The notes under the pieces: generated by a model
Database searches by the model: none
The model's input: the letters and a program-made list of their open reading frames with translations, nothing else
What the model was told of the DNA's origin: nothing
In this document: one piece after another, positions 17,796-26,377 of the stretch
Numbering within the stretch: the first letter of the stretch is position 1
Layout of the letters: each line of letters begins with the position of its first letter
Program-made: the position numbers and the translations under genes
Source: Dehalococcoidia bacterium
GTDB taxonomy: Bacteria > Chloroflexota > Dehalococcoidia > Bin125
Direction: 5' to 3'
Assembly (NCBI GenBank): GCA_963662615.2
Contig: CAXXSR010000001.1
Location: 960,001 to 1,024,000, forward strand
Length of the DNA stretch: 64,000 nucleotides

Positions 17796-18818
17796 CTAGG
17801 GCGGAGGGAGGCGTCGCCCCAGGGCCGGGGCGAGCAGCGTGAGCCGTTGCGCCAAGCGGGCGAACTGGGCCGGCGTGAGGGACTGCGGCCCGTCCGCCAG
17901 GGCGTGTTCGGGATCGGGGTGAACCTCCACGATCAGCCCGTCCGCCGTCGCGGCCACGGCCGCCATCGCCAGCGGCTCCACCAGCGAAGCGCGCCCGGCG
18001 CTGCGGGCGGGATCCACGACGACCGGCAGGTGGGTCCTCTGCTTGAGGACGGGAACGGCGCTGATGTCGGTGGTGGTGGGTGTGGCGGGCTCAAAGGTAC
18101 GAATCCCGGTCTCGCACAAGATGACCTGGTCGTTGCCGCCGTAGAGGATGTGCTCCGCGCAGAGCAGCCATTCATCCACGGTCGCCGAGAGCGCCCGCCG
18201 CAGCAACACCGGCTTGCCGCTGGCGGCCATCGCCTCCAGCAGCCCGAAGTTGCGCATGTGGAACGGGCCCACCTCCAAGGCGTCCGCGTACCGTGCGACG
18301 ATCTCCACGTCGGCGGTGCTGGAGACGTCGCTGATCACCGGCAGGCCCGTGGCGGCGCGCGCCGCGGCAAGGTGGCGCAGCCCCTCTTCACCCAAGCCTC
18401 GAAACGCGTACGGGGATTGGTCGGGCCGCATGGCGCCGCCGGCGAGCAGTTGCGCCCCCGACTCCCGCAGCGACCGCGCCAGCCCTACCACCTGCTCCTC
18501 TGACTCCACCGTGCCGGGACCGGCGATCAGCACCAGCGCGTCCCCGCCGATGGCAACGTTGCCCACGTGGACCACGCTGCCGGCAGGCTTCGTCTCGCGC
18601 CCGGCCAGCTCGTAGGACTTGCCCAGCAGGACCACGTTGTCCACGTGCGGCAGCGCGCGCACATCGTCGGCGAGGGCCGGCGGCTTGGGGCCCACCACGG
18701 TGATGATGGTGCGCTCCACCCCCACGGTCAGCTCGCCGCGGCAGCTCCGCTCCGCCAGCCGCTCTAGCACGTGGGCAATGTCCGCCTGGCTAGCGGCCGC
18801 GCTCATCACGATGACCAC
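17796..18818 (-). CDS. type I-beta DAHP synthase homolog (N-terminal ACT-like domain) with catalytic motifs substituted
   Basis: Full-length AroF-type scaffold (IAGP, SPY.F.GLG, KPVLL, GIRTFE, EVHP.P..AL.DG.QSL), but key residues are replaced (see findings). Confidence 0.85.
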   Translation of the reverse strand: MVIVMSAAASQADIAHVLERLAERSCRGELTVGVERTIITVVGPKPPALADDVRALPHVDNVVLLGKSYELAGRETKPAGSVVHVGNVAIGGDALVLIAGPGTVESEEQVVGLARSLRESGAQLLAGGAMRPDQSPYAFRGLGEEGLRHLAAARAATGLPVISDVSSTADVEIVARYADALEVGPFHMRNFGLLEAMAASGKPVLLRRALSATVDEWLLCAEHILYGGNDQVILCETGIRTFEPATPTTTDISAVPVLKQRTHLPVVVDPARSAGRASLVEPLAMAAVAATADGLIVEVHPDPEHALADGPQSLTPAQFARLAQRLTLLAPALGRRLPPP

Positions 18819-18839
18819 GTGCCACCCCTCCCCGCGGGG

Positions 18840-19121
18840 CTAGGTGAACGGCTCGTCTTCGTCCTCGGGGGCCAGATGCCAGAGCAGCCGGCATTCGTCA
18901 CAGGCCAGCGACGTGAGCAGGGAGGCGCCCTCTTCCACCTCTTCGTATTCCGGCTCCAGTTCGCTGCCGCAGTCCGGGCAAAGGGGGCGCAAGATGTAGT
19001 CGAAGTCGCCGCTGGTCACGGCGGTGCGATGCACCAGCGTGTCTACGTCCGCCCACTCCTCAAAAGGGACGGGGTGGACGGTGTACCCCTCGCGCGAAGT
19101 TCCTTGCTCCACGCTGCGCAT
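18840..19121 (-). CDS. small acidic zinc-ribbon protein
   Basis: CPDC and CDEC pairs; 93 aa; same strand as neighbours. Confidence 0.6.
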   Translation of the reverse strand: MRSVEQGTSREGYTVHPVPFEEWADVDTLVHRTAVTSGDFDYILRPLCPDCGSELEPEYEEVEEGASLLTSLACDECRLLWHLAPEDEDEPFT

Positions 19122-19310
19122 CCTAACTCAACACCGCTCCTGCAGGCCCGCGTCTGTCCGGCCCGCGTCTGTCCGGGCCGGCAGGCGCGGGCCGGAGAGA
19201 GGCCGTGACCGGCCGGATTCTTCCAGCGACGGAAGGATCCGGCCGGCCCGGCTGGAGCCGCGTCCCTCATCCGCAATCGAGAGGGGGGTAGGCAGGAAGA
19301 TGCGCTGCGA

Positions 19311-19586
19311 TCAGGCGGCGGAGCCCGCTCGCTTCGACTCGTCGTAGGCGGCCGCAACGCCCGGATCGTAGTAGGTCGTGCGACGGTCCGGCCGCCAAGC
19401 GGTCGCCGTGTCGACGAAGAGGTCGGAGTTGTTCGTGCGGTCGCGTCCGTCAAAGCGATTGCTGAAGCGCTTGCGCCTGCCGCACTTGCGGCATTCGCCC
19501 CAGCTCGTCGCTCCAGCGGGCGGGCGCACCGCCCAGTGGTGCTTGCAGCTCTTGGTTCGTGGCCGCGGCGTCGTCATCGTCACCAT
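19311..19586 (-). CDS. small CxHHW...CxxC zinc-ribbon protein, paralog of 458-616
   Basis: CKHHWAVRPPAGATSWGECRKCGRRKRFSN aligns without gaps to CTHHWQVDRPDSQYSAGTCAKCGMMKKFLN. Confidence 0.75.
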   Translation of the reverse strand: MVTMTTPRPRTKSCKHHWAVRPPAGATSWGECRKCGRRKRFSNRFDGRDRTNNSDLFVDTATAWRPDRRTTYYDPGVAAAYDESKRAGSAA

Positions 19587-19874
19587 ATGCGCTGTCCATC
19601 ACCACGCGTCGATCCGCAGGGGTCCGCCGTCAGGCGAACTCGGCTGGACGACACGGGGTAGAAAGGGAGATGAACGGCCTCGTGGAGTTCTGCGACCCGC
19701 CCCTAGCTTCGCGCGCGGGCGGATTGGGGTCAATCGTTGCGCAGCGACTTTTACGAGGGCTTAACGCGGGCTCACCGCGGTCCGCGCTCTCCTTGAAGAG
19801 CGGTGTGGAGCAACTATTTCATGCGCGTATCAAGCAGCGCCGCACGACAACCGCTGACGACGATCGCGTGCGCG

Positions 19875-20318
19875 CTAGCCGTCCGTCTCCGGCGCTTCTC
19901 CGGCGTGAGGACGCCCGACCAGCCGACCCACGAGGGGATGCCGGTAGTCCTCACCCCGGCGCACCGCGCGCGCGGCGCGCGTGGCCGCCAGGCCCTGCCC
20001 GAGGTAGTAGATGGCGAGGAACGGCGACGCGGTGAGCACCACGGCGAGGACGAGCGCGCCACCGTCGTAGCGGCCGTCCCATGCCAGCAGCGCCAGCGGC
20101 GCCACGACGGCCAGCACGATCAGCAGGAGATTGAGCACGATGATCTGGAAGAGCGACGACTGCAACGCTTGTAGCGCCACCCAGGGCGACGCGTGGAGGT
20201 TGCGGCTGTAGATCGCCACGGACGCGAACACACCCAACAAGGGAAGCAGGGCGAGCCAGGCGCTCAGATGGGCACGCGCCGCCTGCGCTCGTTCCTCCGG
20301 ACTGGCGATAGGCATCAT
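19875..20318 (-). CDS. DUF4870-like membrane protein
   Basis: EER..A..AHLS...ALQS..FQ...A...GEDYRHPLVG pattern. Confidence 0.8.
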   Translation of the reverse strand: MMPIASPEERAQAARAHLSAWLALLPLLGVFASVAIYSRNLHASPWVALQALQSSLFQIIVLNLLLIVLAVVAPLALLAWDGRYDGGALVLAVVLTASPFLAIYYLGQGLAATRAARAVRRGEDYRHPLVGRLVGRPHAGEAPETDG

Positions 20319-20565
20319 GCCGTTGCCGAGCGGGACGGCGTGCCTGCCGCCGCGGCGCGCCGCGCACTCACAGTCCGCCTCCCGCCGGGGTGGCCGCCCC
20401 GCTTAGGCGCACGCGTTCGCAAGGCCAGCTTCCTGACGGGCGACAAGCGCTCAGGCGCCACTAGTGCCGCAATCTTCGCTGAGGCGGTGGGCAGTATAGG
20501 CGCGGGCGCGGGCCCGGACCCGATCCGATCCGGTCGTGCGCCTCCAGCAGGGTGAGGACGGATGC

Positions 20566-20802
20566 GAGAGGGGTTAACCCACTGTAAATCTTGGCCGCAC
20601 CGCCGATGAGAGCGTTGCGACCCTGCCACGGCCCAACTACGTTGCGGAACAGTTGAGGGCGGGCCGACCCGGGAGAAACGGAGAAAGATCCGAATCGGCC
20701 CAGCCCTAGGGGAGGATGCGGGCCCGTCTTGGGGAGGCGGAGCCCGCCTCTCGAATCTTCGCACAGCTGTTCCGGCACTGCAATAAAGGGTCAACCTCTC
20801 TC
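20566..20802 (+). ncRNA. candidate structured non-coding RNA (~237 nt), family not recognised
   Basis: Closing stem 20566-20580/20788-20802, inner stem 20645-20655/20764-20774 and three hairpins; most G-U pairs favour the + strand. Confidence 0.5.
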
Positions 20803-21000
20803 TGGGAAATGGCTACGCCCCGGGGAGTCTCGGCCGTGGTCAGGGCCCCAGCGGGGAGCGGGGACCACCGCCGTGAGGCGCGTCCGACGGCCGCGGGCGC
20901 GATACCACGGACACAGTGCTGCGGACCCCTGCCATCCGGCACGTTCCCGCTGGGCGCAACCGGCCGATCGCGCCGCCGTCGCCGGATATACTCGATTCGT

Positions 21001-21543
21001 ATGGTGGGGAGTGCGGGACACGACCTGGGCGCGGCGGAGTCCGTTGAAGCGGAAGCGGTAGGCGTTCCGGGAGAGCGAACCTTCCGCATTCGCCTCCTTG
21101 CCGCCAACGCCTCGGCCTCACTGTGGCTTGAGAAGGAGCAGGTGCAGGCTCTCGCTACGGCGATCCAGCAGATTCTGGTCCAGCATCGCCAGCCCGGCGA
21201 GACGCGGCGGCCCCAGGCGCCCTCCCTGCAAGACTTTCCCCGCTATCCCACGCACGATTTCCGCGTAGGCCGGCTGGCGCTGGGCTTTGACGAAGGCGCG
21301 GACAATCTGGTCATCTACGCCACGGACATGGACGCCGAGGACCCGGGCCATCCCACGCTGCGTGTGACCTTCACGCGGCAGCAGGCCCGGCTCTTCTCGG
21401 CCCAGGCCGAAGCCACGGTGGCGGCGGGCCGCTCCCTGTGCCCCCTCTGCAAGGCGCCCCTGGACGAGCCGACGCATCTCTGCCCGCCCGCCAACGGCCA
21501 CTCGGAGGACGCGGTCGTCTGGCTGGGCCCGCCCGACCTCTAG
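21001..21543 (+). CDS. DUF3090 family protein
   Basis: AVGVPGERTF, LEKEQV..LA, FRVG.LALG.D, AAGR..CPLC..PLD...H.CP..NGH motifs. Confidence 0.85.
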   Translation: MVGSAGHDLGAAESVEAEAVGVPGERTFRIRLLAANASASLWLEKEQVQALATAIQQILVQHRQPGETRRPQAPSLQDFPRYPTHDFRVGRLALGFDEGADNLVIYATDMDAEDPGHPTLRVTFTRQQARLFSAQAEATVAAGRSLCPLCKAPLDEPTHLCPPANGHSEDAVVWLGPPDL

Positions 21544-21546
21544 CGC

Positions 21547-22803
21547 ATGCCAGATCACCCCAGCCCGCGCGCGTCGACGCGCCCTCCCCTGTGGACGCTC
21601 AACTATGCGCTGACCCTGCTGGGCACGTTCACGTTCTTCGGCAGCTTCTTCTATCTCCTCGCCGTCCTGCCGGACTACGTGGATGCCATTGGCGGCAGTG
21701 CCTGGCAGGTTGGCCTGATTGTCGGCGGCTTCGGCTTCGTCCCGCTCTTCCTGCGGCCGCTGTCCGGGCGCTGGAGCGACCGCGGCCGGCGCCTCCGCCT
21801 GATGCGGGTGGCGCTGCTGGTCTTCGCCGTCTCCCTGGGGCTGATGGCGTTGTCGGAGGACATCTGGTCCCTGCTGGCGCTGCGTGTCGTCCAGGGCATT
21901 GGCATGGCGATGTTCCCCACGGCGGCGGGGTCGCTGGTGGCGCAGAGCGTGCCACCGCCGCGACGCGGCGAGGGGCTGGGATTCTTCGGCATGTCCACCA
22001 GCGCGTCGCAAATGGTGTTCCCCGCGCTCGGCTTCGTCATCACCGACGTCTGGGGCTTCGACGCGGTCTTCTTGGTGGCGTCGGTGACGGCGGCCGCCAC
22101 GCTGCTGGTCGTCGCCTTCTTGCACGAACCGCAGCCCGATGCGTCGGGCGCAGCGACGCCGACGCGGACGCTGATCCCGACGAAAGCGCTCTTTCCCATG
22201 GTGATCTTCCTGACGGTCACCCTGGCCTTCTCCGCGACCGCAACCTTCTTACCGCTCTTGGGCGACGAGCGCGATCTGGGCAACGTGGGTCTGTTCTTCC
22301 TTGTCAGCGGCGCCGCGGCCCTCGTCATGCGGCCCACCGCGGGGCGCATGTCCGATCGCGTTGGACGGTTGCCGGTGATCCTGCCGGGGCTGGTTTTTAC
22401 CGCTGTCAGCATGTGGATCCTGACGCAGGCGGAGAGCTTTGGTCTCATGCTTGTGGCGGGCGGCTTTGCCGGGGCGGGGCTGGGGGCGACGCATACCGGC
22501 CTGTTCGCCCTTGCCATTGACCGCGTCCTATCGACCGAACGGGGCAGCGCCACCGCGGTCTTTCAGATGGCCTGGGATATCGGCGGGGTCTCCGGCGGCG
22601 TGCTGCTGGGCTTCGTCGCGCAGGCCCTCGATTTGGTCACCGTGTTCTGGGTCGCGGGGGCGTTTCTGCTCGTGGCCATCGCGCTGCTGCTGCCGGGCCG
22701 GATGCTGGGGTGGACGCGCCCGCTGCCGGGGGCGCACGTCGGTTTGGAAGGCGCCGTCGCGCCGGCCGGGGGCGCGCCGCCGGCGGGCCCGCACCGACAG
22801 TAG
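21547..22803 (+). CDS. MFS transporter
   Basis: About 12 TMs; G..SDR.GR motif A in both halves. Confidence 0.92.
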   Translation: MPDHPSPRASTRPPLWTLNYALTLLGTFTFFGSFFYLLAVLPDYVDAIGGSAWQVGLIVGGFGFVPLFLRPLSGRWSDRGRRLRLMRVALLVFAVSLGLMALSEDIWSLLALRVVQGIGMAMFPTAAGSLVAQSVPPPRRGEGLGFFGMSTSASQMVFPALGFVITDVWGFDAVFLVASVTAAATLLVVAFLHEPQPDASGAATPTRTLIPTKALFPMVIFLTVTLAFSATATFLPLLGDERDLGNVGLFFLVSGAAALVMRPTAGRMSDRVGRLPVILPGLVFTAVSMWILTQAESFGLMLVAGGFAGAGLGATHTGLFALAIDRVLSTERGSATAVFQMAWDIGGVSGGVLLGFVAQALDLVTVFWVAGAFLLVAIALLLPGRMLGWTRPLPGAHVGLEGAVAPAGGAPPAGPHRQ

Positions 22804-22854
22804 TGTGACCGTCTCCCGGCCGCGCTGCCCCTCAAGTGCCGCCACCGTTGGACG

Positions 22855-25506
22855 ATGGCGCGCTACCCTGTGCCTTCCATGATCGCGAGTGACCGATCTG
22901 GCGACGCAGGCAGCGCCCTCGCCGGCCTGCGCGTCCTTGAGCTGGGCGAGAGCCGGGCGCTGGCCTATGCCGGCAAGCTCTTGGCCGACTTCGGCGCGGA
23001 CGTCGTCAAGGTCGAAAGCGAGCGGGGCGACTCCTCGCGACGGCGTCTGCCGCTGCCGGACGCCCCCGGCGCCGACGGCCAACTGCACCGCTGGCTGAAC
23101 AACAACAAGCGCAGCGTCGTGATCGACTGGCGGCGCGACGCCGCGTCGCTGTCGCCGCTGCTGGACGGCGCCCACGTCGCCATCAGCGCGGTGCCGGCAG
23201 CCGGCCCGCAAGCGCCACGGACGGCGGCGGCGCTTGCGCCGGAGGCGTTGCGCCGCGGCCGCGATCATCTAGTCGTCGCGCATGTGTCGGACTTCGGCCC
23301 GGACGGTCCGCTGGCCGGCTGGATGGGTGGCGAGTTGGTGCTCTACGCGCTCAGCGGCTTGCTGGCGGGCAGCGGCGCCTACGACCGGCCCCCGGTCAAG
23401 CATGGGGTCGGCGTCGCCTGGTACACCAGTGGCGCGGCGCTGGTGCTGGGCGTGTTGATTGCGCAGTGGGAACGAGGCGAGCACGGCCACGGGCAAGTCG
23501 TCGATGTGGCCGCCCTTGACTGCATGGTGGGGGCGCAAGCGGCGCTCCCATTCGTCCACTCCTTCACGGGCGTCGTGCCGCGGCGGGCCGGCAAGGTGGT
23601 GCGCGCCGACTTGGGGATCCTCCCCTGCAAGGACGGCTATGTCGCCAGCATTACCGGCCCCATGGGCTGGGAGCGATTCGTCGCCTTGCTGGGCGAGCCC
23701 GCGCTGGCGCGCGAGCACTTCCTGGACCGCGGCGAGCGCGTCCAGTACATGGGGGAGGTCATTGACCTCATCATTCGCCGTCTCAGCGAGAAGACGAAGG
23801 AGGAGTGGTTCCACGAGGCGCAGGCGCTGCGCTTGGCTTATGCGCCCGTCCAGTCCGCCGCCGATCTGGCGCGCTGCCCCCAGCTCGCCGACCGTGGCTT
23901 CTTCGTCGACGTGGACGGCGCCGACGGCCTCCGCTCGCGCCTGCCGGGGCGGCCCTTCCTGATGAGCCGGACCCCCTGGCGCCAGTCGCGCCCCGCCCCT
24001 CTGCTGGGCGATACCGCCATTGACGCGGTGGGCTGGGACCGTCCCGCCCGGCCCGGCGCCGATGCGCCTTCCAACGAGTTCCCGCTCCGTGGGATTCGCA
24101 TCCTGGAGCTGAGCACCGCCTGGGCCGTTCCTTGCGCGACGAAGCTGCTGGCGGAACTGGGCGCCGACGTGATCAAGGTCGAGTCCCATACGCACATCGA
24201 CCACGCGCGCACCGCTCCCTATGCCGACCACGAACTGGGCGAACGCTTCTTCGATCGCACGCCGATCTTTCACGTCGCCAACACCAGCAAAGCGCACGTC
24301 TGCCTGGAGCTGTCGCATCCGCAGGCCCGTGACCTGTTGCGACGCCTCGTCGCGGGGGCCGACGTGTTGATGGAGAATTTCACGCCCCGTGTGATGGAGC
24401 GGTTCGGGCTCACCTACGACGACCTCATCGCCCATCGGCCCGACCTGATCATGCTCTCATCGTGCGGCTACGGGCACACCGGCCCCTGGCGCGACTATCG
24501 TGCTTACGGCTGGAGCCTGGAGCCGGCCGGCGGCCTCAGCGACGTCACGGGCTATCCCGACGGCCCGCCCCACTCCAGCGGCGTCCCCTATCCGGACATG
24601 GCCAGCGCCTTGCACACGGCATACGCCATCCTGCTGGCCCTGCTGCACCGCCGTCGCACCGGCCAGGGCCAGTGGATCGATCTCGCGCAGTACGAAGTGG
24701 GAGCGCTGGCCGCCGTCGAGCCGCTCTTGCAGCAGTTGACGGACGGCAGGCCATGGGGGCGGCACGGCAATCGCCACCCCTGGTACGCGCCCCACAACAT
24801 CTACCCGGCCGCGCCCGACGGCACGACGCTGGGCGCCGACGACCAGTGGGTCGCCATCGCCGTTGAGCGTGACGAGGAGTGGCCGCGACTGGTGCAAGCG
24901 CTGGACGGCGCGCTCCCCGATCGCCCCGAGTGGGCCGCGATGGGCGGCCGCAAGGCGGACGAAGAGGAGATCGATGCGGCCATCGCGGAGTGGACGGCGA
25001 GCCGGACGGCGGAAGAGTCGGCGCGGCTGCTGCAGTCGGGTGGCGTGCGCGCGGCCCCGGTGCATCGTTACGACCAGACGCTGCGCAACCCGCAGCTCTG
25101 GCACCGCGACTATCTCCAGCGCGTGACGAGCCGCGAGGTGGGCACACGTATCCTGCCCGGCGCTTGGCAGCGCTTCTCGCGCACGCCCGCACGGATGCGC
25201 TGGGGCAGTCCCGGCTTCGGCGAGCACAACCGGCTGGTCCTGCAGGGCGTCCTGGGCCTCAGCGACGCGGAGGTCGATGCGCTCTACGCCGCCGGCGCGA
25301 CGGCGGATGCGCCCACGACGATCGAGCGTCCGCCCATTGGCGGCGTGCCCGTCGAAACCCAGATCGAGCTGGGCGTCGGGCGGGGCCTGGACGCCGGCTA
25401 TCGGGAATGGAACGAGGCCGGCCCCGCGGTTCCAGTGGTGGAGGCGCTGCCGCTATCCTGGGGGCCGACGGCGGCGCGGATCGCGACGGGAGACGGCAAT
25501 GACTGA
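22855..25506 (+). CDS. two-domain family III CoA-transferase (CaiB/BaiF)
   Basis: Two L.G.RVLEL...LA..GADV.KVE modules, with catalytic Asp (YPDMAS) in the second. Start may be 22879. Confidence 0.92.
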   Translation: MARYPVPSMIASDRSGDAGSALAGLRVLELGESRALAYAGKLLADFGADVVKVESERGDSSRRRLPLPDAPGADGQLHRWLNNNKRSVVIDWRRDAASLSPLLDGAHVAISAVPAAGPQAPRTAAALAPEALRRGRDHLVVAHVSDFGPDGPLAGWMGGELVLYALSGLLAGSGAYDRPPVKHGVGVAWYTSGAALVLGVLIAQWERGEHGHGQVVDVAALDCMVGAQAALPFVHSFTGVVPRRAGKVVRADLGILPCKDGYVASITGPMGWERFVALLGEPALAREHFLDRGERVQYMGEVIDLIIRRLSEKTKEEWFHEAQALRLAYAPVQSAADLARCPQLADRGFFVDVDGADGLRSRLPGRPFLMSRTPWRQSRPAPLLGDTAIDAVGWDRPARPGADAPSNEFPLRGIRILELSTAWAVPCATKLLAELGADVIKVESHTHIDHARTAPYADHELGERFFDRTPIFHVANTSKAHVCLELSHPQARDLLRRLVAGADVLMENFTPRVMERFGLTYDDLIAHRPDLIMLSSCGYGHTGPWRDYRAYGWSLEPAGGLSDVTGYPDGPPHSSGVPYPDMASALHTAYAILLALLHRRRTGQGQWIDLAQYEVGALAAVEPLLQQLTDGRPWGRHGNRHPWYAPHNIYPAAPDGTTLGADDQWVAIAVERDEEWPRLVQALDGALPDRPEWAAMGGRKADEEEIDAAIAEWTASRTAEESARLLQSGGVRAAPVHRYDQTLRNPQLWHRDYLQRVTSREVGTRILPGAWQRFSRTPARMRWGSPGFGEHNRLVLQGVLGLSDAEVDALYAAGATADAPTTIERPPIGGVPVETQIELGVGRGLDAGYREWNEAGPAVPVVEALPLSWGPTAARIATGDGND

Positions 25507-26338
25507 CGGCAACTGGGCGCACCCCGAACTTCTCTGCGACACCGATTGGCTGGCGCAGCGCTTGGACGACCCCGGCGTCGTCGTCGTTGATTGCGACCTG
25601 CTCCCGGCCTACCTGCGCCTGCACATCCCCGGCGCCGTCTCGTCGCTGTCGCGCTACTGGAAGCGCGGCGGCACTGATACCGACCTTTACGGCATGGACG
25701 ACGCCGATGAGTTCGCCGGGATGATGGGCCGTATGGGCGTGAGCAACGACGCCACCGTCGTCGCCTATGACGGCTCCGGCGGCCTCTACGCCACCCGGCT
25801 CTGGTGGACACTGGACCGCTTCGGCTTCAGCAACTTTCGTTTGCTCGACGGCGGCATGGACAAGTGGCACGCCGAGGGCCGCCCGCTCTCGCGCGAGAAC
25901 GTCCGCCCGCAGCCGGTCACGTTCAGGGCGAAGCCGGTCGATACGCGCTGGACCTGCACCCTCTCCGACATCCCTGCCCACATTGCCAATGAGCAAAACC
26001 TGTTCTGGGACGTCCGCTCCGACGCCGAGTGGACCGGCGCCAACAAGCGCGGCACTCAGCGCGGCGGCCGCATCCCTGGGGCGGCGCACCTGGAATGGCT
26101 GGACGTGCTGGACCGCCCCGTGCGCACGCTGAAGCCGCCGGACGAGCTGCGCCGCACGCTGTCGGATCTGGGCATCACGCCGGACAAAGCCGTCACGACC
26201 TATTGACAGGGCGGCATCCGTGCGTCGCACGGCCTGTTCCTGCTGCGGCTCCTGGGCTACGACAACGCCCGCATGTACGACGCCTCCTGGGGCGAATACG
26301 GCAACGCCCTCGATCACGCCATCGAGAGGGAGACCTAG
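25499..26338 (+). CDS. tandem-rhodanese sulfurtransferase, probable selenoprotein (UGA=Sec at 26204-26206)
   Basis: HIPGA, YDGSGG, LLDGG, DVRS..EW.G and GRIPGA motifs. The active-site loop reads VTTY-UGA-QGGIRA and the frame continues through YDASWGEYG to TAG at 26336-26338. Confidence 0.85.
26204..26236 (+). promoter_or_regulatory. bacterial SECIS-like hairpin
   Basis: CAGG(26207-10)/CCTG(26233-36) and CCGTGC/GCACGG stems immediately 3' of the in-frame UGA. Confidence 0.55.
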
Positions 26339-26377
26339 GCCCGCCTAGCGCTATCCTCCCTCCGTTGGGGGTCAGAC

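Noticed and set aside
20562-20609. Leader peptide MREGLTHCKSWPHRR
   Set aside because: No amino-acid enrichment or attenuator, and the region is better explained by RNA pairing.
20578-20781. Cobalamin riboswitch (CCACTGTAA, TTCCGGCACTG and CCTGCC fragments)
   Set aside because: The fragments are in the wrong order, and the GGGAA..GGTG and AGCCAG elements are missing.
25277-26206. Truncated pseudogene reading of the rhodanese (and of ArsM at 34793-35443)
   Set aside because: The TGA falls exactly on the catalytic Cys, downstream homology is intact and SECIS-like hairpins follow, so Sec recoding is more parsimonious.
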